DNA of 64,000 nucleotides from Klebsiella phage phiKp_32, in sequence record LC768500.1. One strand, written 5' to 3'. Every line of letters starts with the position of its first letter. The first letter of the stretch is position 1. The translations under genes and the position numbers were made by a program. Shown one piece after another: positions 9,136 to 18,113 of this stretch. The notes beneath the pieces were generated by a model. The model was given only the letters and a program-made list of their open reading frames with translations. It was not told the origin of the DNA and did not search any database.

Positions 9136-9632
9136 TTTTTAGGGAAAGGAACGTCGTACTTTTTAAAAACTGTCAATCCTATTTCTCCTAAGCTTATTTT
9201 AGGTGAAATACTTTGGAGTCTCTCAACCTCTGCTAAAATAGCTGAACGATTAGGGAAGCCTTCATCTCGTTTAATCGCGTCTATCATTCTGGGATAGACC
9301 CTTTGAGCTATTTTTAGATCGGAACTACTTAAGAATCTTTCGATATCAGATTTTAATGAATTAGACTGTTTCTCTATTTCGGATTTTTTCTGTTCGGGTG
9401 ATTTAGAAGAAAACCATCCGAAGATCTTTTTAAATATCCCTTTAATATATTCCCAGGCTTTCTTTATTCCGTCCGAGACGGTATCTACAAATCCTTCGTT
9501 ACCCGAAACGAACATCCGGCTTGGTTCGTTAGCCCAGAGTACACCGCCTAAGTAACGTGAAGCATACGTTTCATTTCCGCTAACGCGGTCATACAACCCG
9601 TCGAAGACGAGTTCAATGTGATCGTTGTTCAT
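9132..9632 (-). CDS. hypothetical protein; its N-terminal ~72 aa are paralogous to 42341-43117
   Basis: MNNDHIELVFDGLYDRVSGNETYASRYL... is near-identical to the N-terminus of the 42341 protein; AGGAAA SD upstream. Confidence 0.6.
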   Translation of the reverse strand: MNNDHIELVFDGLYDRVSGNETYASRYLGGVLWANEPSRMFVSGNEGFVDTVSDGIKKAWEYIKGIFKKIFGWFSSKSPEQKKSEIEKQSNSLKSDIERFLSSSDLKIAQRVYPRMIDAIKRDEGFPNRSAILAEVERLQSISPKISLGEIGLTVFKKYDVPFPKK

Positions 9633-9641
9633 TTAATTTTC

Positions 9642-10754
9642 CTATTTAGAAAGTTTATTTTGTTTTAACATGGTGGTGACTTGTTCTAAGTATTGTACTT
9701 GTAACGGTCCAGGAACGAAATGCTTAATCATTCCTTTGATATCCTGTCTAGCCCAAACATCGATATGACCATTGACCGTCCCCATTGCGTTGAAGCTTTT
9801 ATTATTGAGTGCCAAACTAAGCGTTAATAACTTCATTATTGGGAATTGCCAAATGGCGTTTGTTTGACTATATCGATTGTATCTCTTCGCATCTACAATG
9901 AGAGGGTTGACATCCATCGTCATAAAGTCGCCTATTCTCTGTATGACGTGTTCCGGGGAATAGCTCGGTGTTAGCGTTAAGGTTTCGACCAAGAAGGTTA
10001 AGAATCCTTTGAGCAATTCACCCACTGGATTGATATTAAATTCTCCCTTGATTACGGTTAATTGGTCGTCGATATTCTCTCCGTTAACTACGACGTTATA
10101 GAGCGAATTGAATACGCTTAATTGATGTTGCAAACACCTTGCGTTGATTAGGGGAGTGCCGGCCAAATAACGATGAGGACCTAATCCAGTTTCCGATCCT
10201 TCGGCTAATCGTTCGTTAAGGTAACGCCAATATCCTATACCCAAAGCCGTGATATCCACCCCTATTACCGCAAACCCACCATAATTCATCGGATCGTTTT
10301 TGAGAGAAGTGGTGTTAGTGTATCGGATGTCCGTTTCAGTGCTAATCAATGGGATGATACTGCAAATGTCTCTTTCGTCTAAATCGAAATAATCGTTGAG
10401 GTTATCTTTAGCCGGGTAAGAAACCAACATTTCGGTCAGCCCATTCGCGTACATCACGTTTTGTTTTACGATACCTTTATTGTATATAGACGTGATTCCG
10501 ATAGCGGACGCCCAACTATCTACCTGCATCTCGATCATTGCTTTAAGGTAAGTAGGATCCCATTCTGGCTGAATGTTCATCAATGAAAGCAACTGAACTA
10601 AAGGATGTTGGTTCTGTAAAACGTAGGTGGTGTTGTCGTTCCGTGCTATCCACTGACGACGATTGAAATCCAAGATACGTATTATATTACTGAGCCTACC
10701 ATATTTATAGACGGCAGGACGATGATCAGTTGTTATTAATTTTAAAGGTTTCAT
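9642..10754 (-). CDS. hypothetical protein (370 aa)
   Basis: Long ORF with agga SD. Confidence 0.6.
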   Translation of the reverse strand: MKPLKLITTDHRPAVYKYGRLSNIIRILDFNRRQWIARNDNTTYVLQNQHPLVQLLSLMNIQPEWDPTYLKAMIEMQVDSWASAIGITSIYNKGIVKQNVMYANGLTEMLVSYPAKDNLNDYFDLDERDICSIIPLISTETDIRYTNTTSLKNDPMNYGGFAVIGVDITALGIGYWRYLNERLAEGSETGLGPHRYLAGTPLINARCLQHQLSVFNSLYNVVVNGENIDDQLTVIKGEFNINPVGELLKGFLTFLVETLTLTPSYSPEHVIQRIGDFMTMDVNPLIVDAKRYNRYSQTNAIWQFPIMKLLTLSLALNNKSFNAMGTVNGHIDVWARQDIKGMIKHFVPGPLQVQYLEQVTTMLKQNKLSK

Positions 10755-11013
10755 TGTAGTCCTGTTAGTAACTCAGTATTATGTTATTACACATATTAAT
10801 TATATGTAAACAAATACACCTCTCCGAAAGGAGGGGAGACCAATGCCGCGGAGTAGAAATCCGTTAAGCATAAAATCGATCAGTTTTTACTACCCCTAAA
10901 TAATTTCAGACCGATATTATTTAATCGGATAAACAACACAAATGTTTATCTGTTTTGATCAAACTTAATAACATCCCCCTTTATAAAAAGCTAATAGCTA
11001 TTAGGAGTTAAGA
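10755..11013. promoter_or_regulatory. divergent AT-rich promoter region; 14-bp perfect palindrome CTAATAGCTATTAG (10991-11004) abuts the SD of the downstream gene
   Basis: 259-nt intergenic region between divergent genes. Contains acatattaattatatgt near-palindrome, a cctctcc-gaaa-ggagggg hairpin and the perfect palindrome. Confidence 0.35.
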
Positions 11014-13026
11014 ATGTCCGACAATCAAAATGGCAACAACTGGGAACAAACCGTCCTGAACACCGCTGCTGGTAAAGGAGAGCCGATCGTCTCTGCTTCT
11101 GCCGAGAATTTCGGTTCTCAGCTGCTCGGTCTGCTCGGCCAGGCTTCTCTTCTGGGTTCTTCCAAGAACGTGCCGGAAGTAGAAGAAACCGCGGCTTTGA
11201 TCAAGAAACGCGTAACCGATCTGAAAAACGGTACGCCGGGCGAAACCCAGAAGAAGATCCTGCCGGAAGTGAACATCATCACCAAACCGATCATCTCTGC
11301 ACTGCCGGGCATCGTGCTCTCCCTGCACATGAACAACAACCCTGCGGTATACGTCATGCCGGTGCTGTTCTCTAACCGTCATCTGACCAATACCCTGGAA
11401 GAGATCCAGATCGACAACGGCGTTAACCAACAGCGCAAAATGTCCATGCCGTTTACCCCGGATTCCTACGCTCGTGCTGATCTGTTCGAACAGATCAAAA
11501 TGCACTACAAAGCGATGCTCCAGGATAAAGGTGTGAGCGAATGCGTGATCATCAACGTGATGGTTATCGACCTGGAACAGATCGTTGGTGACGATGTCCT
11601 GAATCAGGGCAAATCGCCGCTGCTGCGTGATGAAATCATGCGTAGCTGGGAACAGGGTCTGATGGTACAGATCGCAAAAATCGCAGCTAACCAGCCGAAA
11701 GCATCTCTGCCTTCTCCGTTCTCTGCGACCGGCGGCAAAGCGTATGGTCAGCACGGTAATGCGATTGCTCGCGTTGAACCGATCCGCGGTCAGTATGTTA
11801 ACGAAGGCCTGCTGTCTCCGGCTAACCTGACCATCCGCATGCAAACTGCTAACCATAACGGTTATCAGGGTAATGCTGAGCAGTCCCGCGAAATCGTCAA
11901 CACCTACGCGACCGTTAGCCTGATGGGTTCTCCGATCCAGCAGTTCAACCCGCAGCTGACCGGTAACATTCCGCAGCCGTACCTGCAGACCCCTAACGGT
12001 CGTCCTCAGGGTTACACCCCGCTGCAGCCGATCGTTATCATGAACCACGCTAAAGCTGGCGAGGTGCTGGGTGATGCAACTGGTCTGTCGACCTACTTCA
12101 TGGGCCTGTTCTCTCTGATGGCGACCAACAGCAACTACCTGTTTGCTGAAGCTCTGCGTTCTAAGAACGTAGGTTCTCGTGGCTCCCTGACTGATATGGA
12201 ACACCGCATCCGTCAGATGGAAAATGGATTACCTCCGCGCACTAAGGGTACTGAGATGACCGACGCTAAACTGTCGGATATCGATTTCACCACTAACTGG
12301 ATTCGCGCCAATATTGGACCTAAAGCAGTCTTTGCTGCTGACCTGATCCAGTTCGGCCCGGATGCGGCAATCTCCAACTTCCTGTTCAACCTCACCTCCG
12401 GTGCGAAAGACTACAGCAAATGCGTGAAAACCGTTATTGCTATCGTCGATTCCATCTCCGGTGATGCGAAAGCCATGTCTGCGGTTATCGCAGAAAACCA
12501 GGCCAACAACAATGGTAACGGCGGATGGATTCCGGGTAAACCGGTACTGCACGTTTCTAACGCGCTGATCCCTGTCGGTACTGCTGTACTGGATAACAAA
12601 CGCATTGCGCTCGGCGAAGTGGACGAGATGTTCCTGTCCAAGCACTACAAAGATCAGATCACCCCGATGAACCAGTACCTGGAAAACATGTACGGGTCTA
12701 ACCCGAACGTGCCGGAAAAACTGCGTCGCTATAACCTGCTCATCCAGCTGTCCACCATCTTCTCTGAAGGTGTAAACCTGTTCGGCTTCGCTCGTCGTTG
12801 CTACTGGGATCCGCTGTTCATGGATGCGTTCACTAAAGCGATGAACACCATCGGTTCTCTGCAGGTTACTGGCTCTATGGGTCAGTTCGCTGCTAACGTT
12901 CAGGTCTTCGCTCCTGGCCAGCAGTATATCTCTCAGGCAACTGCTGGTAACTCCGGTGGCGTCGTTCTGGGTAACGGTATGATGCTGGGTGCAGGTGGCG
13001 GTCTGGTGTTTGGCCCGTCCTACTAA
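11014..13026 (+). CDS. chmA: candidate chimallin (ChmA, phage-nucleus shell protein; 670 aa); alternative is another abundant structural protein
   Basis: Strongly host-optimised codon usage and size of about 73 kDa; sits downstream of phuZ. It directly precedes the nvRNAP beta' N-terminal gene, as phiKZ gp54 precedes gp55. No diagnostic motif is known to me. Confidence 0.45.
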   Translation: MSDNQNGNNWEQTVLNTAAGKGEPIVSASAENFGSQLLGLLGQASLLGSSKNVPEVEETAALIKKRVTDLKNGTPGETQKKILPEVNIITKPIISALPGIVLSLHMNNNPAVYVMPVLFSNRHLTNTLEEIQIDNGVNQQRKMSMPFTPDSYARADLFEQIKMHYKAMLQDKGVSECVIINVMVIDLEQIVGDDVLNQGKSPLLRDEIMRSWEQGLMVQIAKIAANQPKASLPSPFSATGGKAYGQHGNAIARVEPIRGQYVNEGLLSPANLTIRMQTANHNGYQGNAEQSREIVNTYATVSLMGSPIQQFNPQLTGNIPQPYLQTPNGRPQGYTPLQPIVIMNHAKAGEVLGDATGLSTYFMGLFSLMATNSNYLFAEALRSKNVGSRGSLTDMEHRIRQMENGLPPRTKGTEMTDAKLSDIDFTTNWIRANIGPKAVFAADLIQFGPDAAISNFLFNLTSGAKDYSKCVKTVIAIVDSISGDAKAMSAVIAENQANNNGNGGWIPGKPVLHVSNALIPVGTAVLDNKRIALGEVDEMFLSKHYKDQITPMNQYLENMYGSNPNVPEKLRRYNLLIQLSTIFSEGVNLFGFARRCYWDPLFMDAFTKAMNTIGSLQVTGSMGQFAANVQVFAPGQQYISQATAGNSGGVVLGNGMMLGAGGGLVFGPSY

Positions 13027-13050
13027 GAGTTCGGCTGTAAGCTCACTAAA

Positions 13051-13082
13051 GGAGGAGGCGGAAGCCTCCTCCCTTTTTTATG
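13051..13082 (+). terminator. rho-independent terminator
   Basis: ggaggaggc-ggaa-gcctcctcc hairpin followed by TTTTTT. Confidence 0.6.
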
Positions 13083-13097
13083 CATTTCATTTTTTGA

Positions 13098-16000
13098 GTG
13101 AACGGAGACGTTATGGATCAGTACGGTGATCGTATTATTGATGCATTAACAGCGCCTGAATTTTCATCATTGCAACCAGAGGCTCAGTTTAAAACTTATG
13201 CCGAACAATACGGTGGTGACCTTTCTGACGACAAACGTTTTTATGAACCCCTTTATCCCGACTTCACTGACTATAACCGTTTGCATGATACTGCTAAGGT
13301 CGATCCGGTTTACCTGAACGATTTCGATTTTTGTTTGGAAGAAGACCGAGAACGAATCGCATCTTTGATTCGTATGGACTTCAACACCGACACATTCGAA
13401 ACCGTCGCGAGATGTAGCTGTGGGCATCTGAAGGGCAACTATTTGTTGGGTCAGAAAAGATCATGTCCCATCTGCCAATCCCTTGTAGAGAAAGTCGTAG
13501 AGACTTCCTTAGATACTAAGGTATGGGTCAGGGTTCCAGAAGGCGTAGTTGGATTTATCAGTCCGGCTTATTACAAAACCTTCTTATCGAAGATCGCGAC
13601 TAATTCTCCAAAGATTGAGATCGTGACTTGGCTCATCGATCCGTCTTATCGTCGGGGAAGCCGAGCTCAGCATACTGAGTCTGGTCGTCGGATGTTGGCT
13701 GAACTCGATAAACTCGGAATAGTGCCCGGGCTTAACAGCTTTATATTGAACGCGGACAGATTCATGGAACACTTCCTTGTTGGTGAAGGAAGAGGTGCCG
13801 TGAGCATGAAGCCGGCTGATGGTAAAAAGCATTTGGATAAGTATTACGAATATCGTCATCTTATCTTCCCGCGGTACCTGTCCGTACCCAATAAACTCGC
13901 TACCATCATCGAGCAAGATGGTAAAGATAAGTACGTTTCTTCAACCCAATTGAAAACCTCGGCAATCTACCAATCTATTGCAGATACGAGAGATTCTACT
14001 GAGTTTTATAAATGTACGATTAAGGACCTTAAAGAGAACGCTGATATCGTCGGGAAGGCGATAGTTCGATTAGGTAAACAGAACTCTGATAACTATAAGA
14101 GTCAGCTGTTTGCTAAATCGAGCCTGATACGTAAACACGTAATCGCGGGATCATTATCTTTATCAGGTCGTGGTGTTATCACATCAACGACTGGATTACA
14201 TGATGCCGGTGTTGCTAAGATACCTTGGATCATGGCAGTGGCTATGCTGAAGAAACACATCCTGGGATATCTTTACCGTTTAGGGTACAGCCCCCTGAAA
14301 GCCGAAAGTGTAATCAGTACAGCAGCACACCAAGTCGTCCCGGTAATCGATCAATTCTTTACCAAGCACGAAAAGCAAAAAGACATTGTCTGCATTTTAG
14401 GAAGAAACCCATCAATTCAGTACCTGTCAGCAAAAGCCTTCTTCATGTCGATCAACCGAGATTTAGAAGACGAGTCGATAAACTTACCAATACTCTCAGT
14501 TAAAACCTTTAATGCTAAATCAAGAAGTGAGAGTTCCATACTTTTGTGAGAGAAAGCATGAGAACTATTGAGTTTGAAAGAACACCACGTGAAACAGTAC
14601 TTTTTGAAGAAGACGGTTGGGCTCATCACCCGACTATCAAAAACATCCTATTAAAGGAGAAAGGAAACACTTATCGTTTATTTACCGACGGTAAATGGAA
14701 CGAAGTTATTCCCGAACAAAAATCGAGATACATTTATGTATCCTTTGGCGGGATAGAAATACCCCTTCATCAATTAAAGCTGGAAACCTTTTTAGAAAGA
14801 CCAGCTTCTACCGAAGGACTTAAATTGTTAGGCAATCATATCGATGGTGATATCTTTAATAACGACATCGATAACCTTGAATGGGTGACCTACAGAGGAA
14901 ACATCATTCATGCCTATGAATCAGGATTAAGATCAGATAATAAGCCGTTGGTTTTGGTCGATTTACATTCAGGCGAGGAATTTCCGTTCTATAGCCTAAA
15001 TGAATGTGCTAGATATCTGAAACTTAACCCCTCTAAGATAACCCAGTTTTTGAGAAAGAAGAGAAGTTACCCATTCCAGTGGAAATACGATTTCAAACTA
15101 GATGGGTTGTCTCCTAATAATCTGACCTCTAAAGACGTTGGTAAGGCATCGCAAAATAAACCAAGACCTTTTATTATGCGAAACATAAATACCGGCGAAG
15201 AAAGAGAACTTGGGCTCTATCGTTCGATTAGAAGAATTTGGGGCGTGTCGGAAAGAACTCTCCAAAAAGTTTTAAGCGGTAAAATGAAGATAGATGATGT
15301 TTGGGAATTTGTGCCGATTACTGATCCCGACAGACTTATCCATCTTTCTAATACACTGCCAGACATAAAGGAGGCGTTTGATACAACTTCTAATAGAAAA
15401 AATATGGCGGCTAAAAAGTCTAAAGCGATTAAAGTAACGGGTCCTGATGAAACCACGTTCTATTCGTCTATTAAAGACTTTTCACAGAAAAACGGATTCA
15501 ACGCCGCAACCATACAAAAGTTTATTTATAAGAACCCGGGGAAACCCTGGAAGAATTATGTTATCACGTATGTTTAACTCTCACTTCTTTGGCCCAGTAG
15601 ACGCGAAAGCTCTGCTGCGTACTCTCTCTAATTGCTGGAAACTCCTAAAGCTCGTTCACCTCGTATAGAGGGGTCGAAAGACAGAAACAACGAACGAGAT
15701 ATCTCACGCTAACCAATAATGCTAAAAGATAAATAATGGGTTACCTAGCAGCGAACCCTACCTCGGTAGGAGACGTTCAACGACTAGAGCTGAAACGCTC
15801 GTAGGATCCTAGTGTGGATCCGAAATGGGAGAGGACCTAAGTTTGACAGTAGTCAAATATGGTTAAGATATAGTCTGTGCCCTCAGGAAATCTGAGGGAG
15901 GGTGTCTCAGCACACCTGCTCCATATGGAACGGAGTGGACAATCAGGATTTTGACGGTAAACGTATTGCCGCCTAGCTTAGTAATGAGTTAGTGAATAAG

Positions 16001-16458
16001 TGCGGAATGAAGCGTAGAAGCTGAAATGCCGATGCGAACCGAAGGTCTAAGAGTAACGTCTTGACCAGGGGCAGAGCGTAGGAGATGAAACCATTTATGG
16101 AATATAATTCTCCCAAGAGGCCGCACCACGATGAGTATTAATCTCATCCGCTCTTTTAGAGCGCCTATCGTGAACGAGGGTGAAAACGTACGCCACACAA
16201 TCCGAATAGAAAGGGTTGAGCTAAGAGATAAAAAACTCTTAGGCGAATAGATCTTTATTCGTAATGATGGATACCATGTACTGTTATGTATTGAGTGATT
16301 TAAAAGGTAAGGCCAAAGCGTATGGGTCGTTCGGTCATCAGTCCATGCTTGATGAAAACGAACCATTTACAATAAGTCGATTTGCTGATCAAACTTCAAC
16401 GAATTTGATGAACCTCAACAACATGATGAGAGGAACACCAATCAATGAATGCGGCTGA
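13098..16458 (+). CDS. multisubunit RNAP beta'-like N-terminal subunit (non-virion RNAP type), interrupted. Predicted exons 13098-14516, 15947-15958 (DFDG) and 16270-16458, about 539 aa
   Basis: Zn finger CSCGHx13CPIC; RGVITS and ILGRNPSIQ segments match beta' GRSVIT and LNRAPTLH. Exon 1 ends in NA, the micro-exon gives DFDG, and exon 3 DTMYCYVLSDL...NEPFTISRFADQ...LMNLNNMMR matches DQMAVHVPL...NGEPIIVPSQD...VLGLYYMTR. Confidence 0.5.
14517..15946 (+). mobile_element. group I intron carrying an HNH homing-endonuclease ORF
   Basis: Conserved core R-like gttcaacgactag (about 15775-15787) and S-like aagatatagtc (about 15865-15875) forming P7 GACUA/UAGUC. P9 hairpins follow; terminal G sits just before gattttgacggt; 5' exon ends in U. 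Confidence 0.55.
14558..15577 (+). CDS. HNH homing endonuclease with three NUMOD-like helix repeats (intron-encoded)
   Basis: LGNHIDGDIFNNDIDNLEWVT HNH motif; three repeats of the type LNECARYLKLNPSKITQFL. Confidence 0.7.
   Translation: MRTIEFERTPRETVLFEEDGWAHHPTIKNILLKEKGNTYRLFTDGKWNEVIPEQKSRYIYVSFGGIEIPLHQLKLETFLERPASTEGLKLLGNHIDGDIFNNDIDNLEWVTYRGNIIHAYESGLRSDNKPLVLVDLHSGEEFPFYSLNECARYLKLNPSKITQFLRKKRSYPFQWKYDFKLDGLSPNNLTSKDVGKASQNKPRPFIMRNINTGEERELGLYRSIRRIWGVSERTLQKVLSGKMKIDDVWEFVPITDPDRLIHLSNTLPDIKEAFDTTSNRKNMAAKKSKAIKVTGPDETTFYSSIKDFSQKNGFNAATIQKFIYKNPGKPWKNYVITYV
15959..16269 (+). mobile_element. putative second, ORF-less intervening sequence (small group I-like intron) separating the DFDG micro-exon from exon 3
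   Basis: Needed to join DFDG to D-TMYCY in frame. Plausible P1: exon CGGU pairs with intron GCCG (U-G wobble) after a 9-nt loop. Intron ends in G. Confidence 0.35.
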
Positions 16459-17080
16459 CGCGTTTAGCTTTAGTTGTGCCGGCGCTATTGACGAAGGTCG
16501 AATGCGTCAGTATGCCGGCTACGTTCAAATGAATTTTGATAACGTGAAAGGAATGGGAGGTTGGCTGGCGAAAGAAGCAGAAAAAACGTTAGACCGATTT
16601 TCTAACTTCATGAATTCCAGGGCGTGGGAGTTATCCAAAATCCTAACGGGGAATGGCGATGGTGAATACGTAGGACGATTTGACATCGGTTATTTAGGTT
16701 CCCTCAACGCTCAACAGCAAGCCCAGGGTTTCATGCGGGATTACATCATGGCTAACCCATTGGTTATGCAGATGTATCTGGATGGAGGATTGGAAGGCTA
16801 CGGTGGTGAGTTCTCCCCGTTCTGTAATGCCGTTGGTAAGAACAACGTTTTCTATCGTAACGCCACCCATGGTATAGTACAAACTGAAACTAAAGACGAC
16901 GTTCAGAAAACCTGGTTCAGTCACTTTGGTGATGTGCCCGGTACAGGAATGTCCTTTAGGGAACAAGCAGACATCATGAGAACTTGGAAAGCGACCAATC
17001 ACCTGATAGGTTCTCAGCTCTTTGATATGACCTCACCATCGAATAAAAAGATGAATGAGGATAACGAAGAGGAAACATAA
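16445..17080 (+). CDS. hypothetical protein, possibly the next beta'-like fragment (211 aa). Overlaps the previous stop by 14 nt in the +1 frame
   Basis: ATGAATGCGGCTGA start/stop overlap; weak similarity FSFSCAGAIDEG versus beta' FAYAARSGASVGIDD. Confidence 0.4.
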   Translation: MNAADAFSFSCAGAIDEGRMRQYAGYVQMNFDNVKGMGGWLAKEAEKTLDRFSNFMNSRAWELSKILTGNGDGEYVGRFDIGYLGSLNAQQQAQGFMRDYIMANPLVMQMYLDGGLEGYGGEFSPFCNAVGKNNVFYRNATHGIVQTETKDDVQKTWFSHFGDVPGTGMSFREQADIMRTWKATNHLIGSQLFDMTSPSNKKMNEDNEEET

Positions 17081-17083
17081 ACA

Positions 17084-17112
17084 TTTTTTGGGGGAGGAAA
17101 CTCCCCCATTTA
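17084..17112 (+). terminator. terminator-like hairpin
   Basis: ttttttGGGGGAG-gaaa-CTCCCCCattt. Confidence 0.35.
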
Positions 17113-17129
17113 ACATCGAGAGTAAACTT

Positions 17130-17492
17130 ATGAATAGCGAACAAACCAAACCCATGCATAGTGTTTTTATGCAAATCATCAGTTCCGAAGAAATCGGTAA
17201 TTTGAAGAATGCTGTTCGGAATACCGAATTCCTTTTAGCCGAGTTAGGCGAATCGGAAGACGGCAAACCACTGGATCCATCCAATCTGATCTTTATTGTA
17301 ACCGACATGTCTTTTGACGAACACGGAAACTTGATGGGAAGAGTAACTCCCACCGGCCCATACAAGGACAAGGGACGGGAATGGATTTCGACTAAAAAAT
17401 ATAAAACACCTATTTTTAAGTTTATTCCGAGAGTGGCCACGAATAACCGCAATTGGACCTTCATCAATAAACTCGACGTGGTGGTCAAATAA
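17130..17492 (+). CDS. hypothetical protein (start taken at internal ATG with gagag SD)
   Basis: ORF 17055-17492 overlaps the previous gene; ATG at 17130 has an SD. Confidence 0.45.
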   Translation: MNSEQTKPMHSVFMQIISSEEIGNLKNAVRNTEFLLAELGESEDGKPLDPSNLIFIVTDMSFDEHGNLMGRVTPTGPYKDKGREWISTKKYKTPIFKFIPRVATNNRNWTFINKLDVVVK

Positions 17493-17854
17493 TGGAAACC
17501 ACTCGGGATTATACGGCGAAGATCAAATGGCCTTTTGTTGTTGTGTTTAATCTCAATGATGGTCCGGAGGAAACTTCCTCCGTGATCATTAAAACCAGGA
17601 TCCCTTCTGGCGGATATAAGGAATTCCACATCTACTTAAAAGATTTAATCGACCGTGCTCGTTTAAACGTTCGAGGGTCAATCTCGGATAAAGATTTCTT
17701 AACCGATATTAGCGAGTATTTTATTTCGTCTGTTGCTTCTAAATCGGCGGATAAGAAAACCTTGGCTGAGGCCTGTCGGTCGGTTTTAGAAGGAAACGTG
17801 TTTAATCGTAAAATATTCGTTCCCTTTTACGGACTCGGGCCGAGAGAAGAATAA
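17492..17854 (+). CDS. hypothetical protein (120 aa)
   Basis: ORF with taATGg start overlapping the previous stop. Confidence 0.5.
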   Translation: METTRDYTAKIKWPFVVVFNLNDGPEETSSVIIKTRIPSGGYKEFHIYLKDLIDRARLNVRGSISDKDFLTDISEYFISSVASKSADKKTLAEACRSVLEGNVFNRKIFVPFYGLGPREE

Positions 17855-17931
17855 TTGACATGCAGATAATTATACATCGATATCATCAGGGTGTATAAAC
17901 AAATGAATATTTTATTTATAAGGAATCTATT

Positions 17932-18057
17932 ATGTCGATCATCGCCTCTATCGCTATCGTTGTTATTATCACCGCAGTAGTTTACACTCTCACCAAAGAT
18001 GCCGTGGAAGAAATCTTCCCGGCTCGTAAAGAAATGGCTGTTCGTAACAAACGTTAA
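17932..18057 (+). CDS. small hydrophobic (single-TM) peptide, 41 aa; absent from the ORF table (<60 aa)
   Basis: MSIIASIAIVVIITAVVYTLTKDAVEEIFPARKEMAVRNKR with optimal codons. AAGGA SD and TTGACA upstream; hairpin plus T-run terminator downstream. Confidence 0.45.
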   Translation: MSIIASIAIVVIITAVVYTLTKDAVEEIFPARKEMAVRNKR

Positions 18058-18067
18058 TTTATTGTTA

Positions 18068-18113
18068 CTCCCCTCCTTTCGGAGGGGAGCCTAACCATGA
18101 TTATTTTTTTTTC
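18068..18113 (+). terminator. terminator hairpin with distal T-run
   Basis: ctcccctcc-tttc-ggaggggag followed by ttattttttttt. Confidence 0.4.

Noticed and set aside
11008-12645. Long minus-strand ORFs (398 aa, 138 aa, 76 aa) antisense to the chimallin candidate
   Set aside because: They are artefacts of a GC-rich, codon-biased sense gene. The antisense frames have no SD and implausible composition.
15959-16269. Translational bypass (T4 gene 60-style hop) instead of a second intron
   Set aside because: 311 nt is far longer than known bypass gaps. The gap begins with a plausible P1 pairing and ends in G, which is more consistent with a small intron. This remains unproven.
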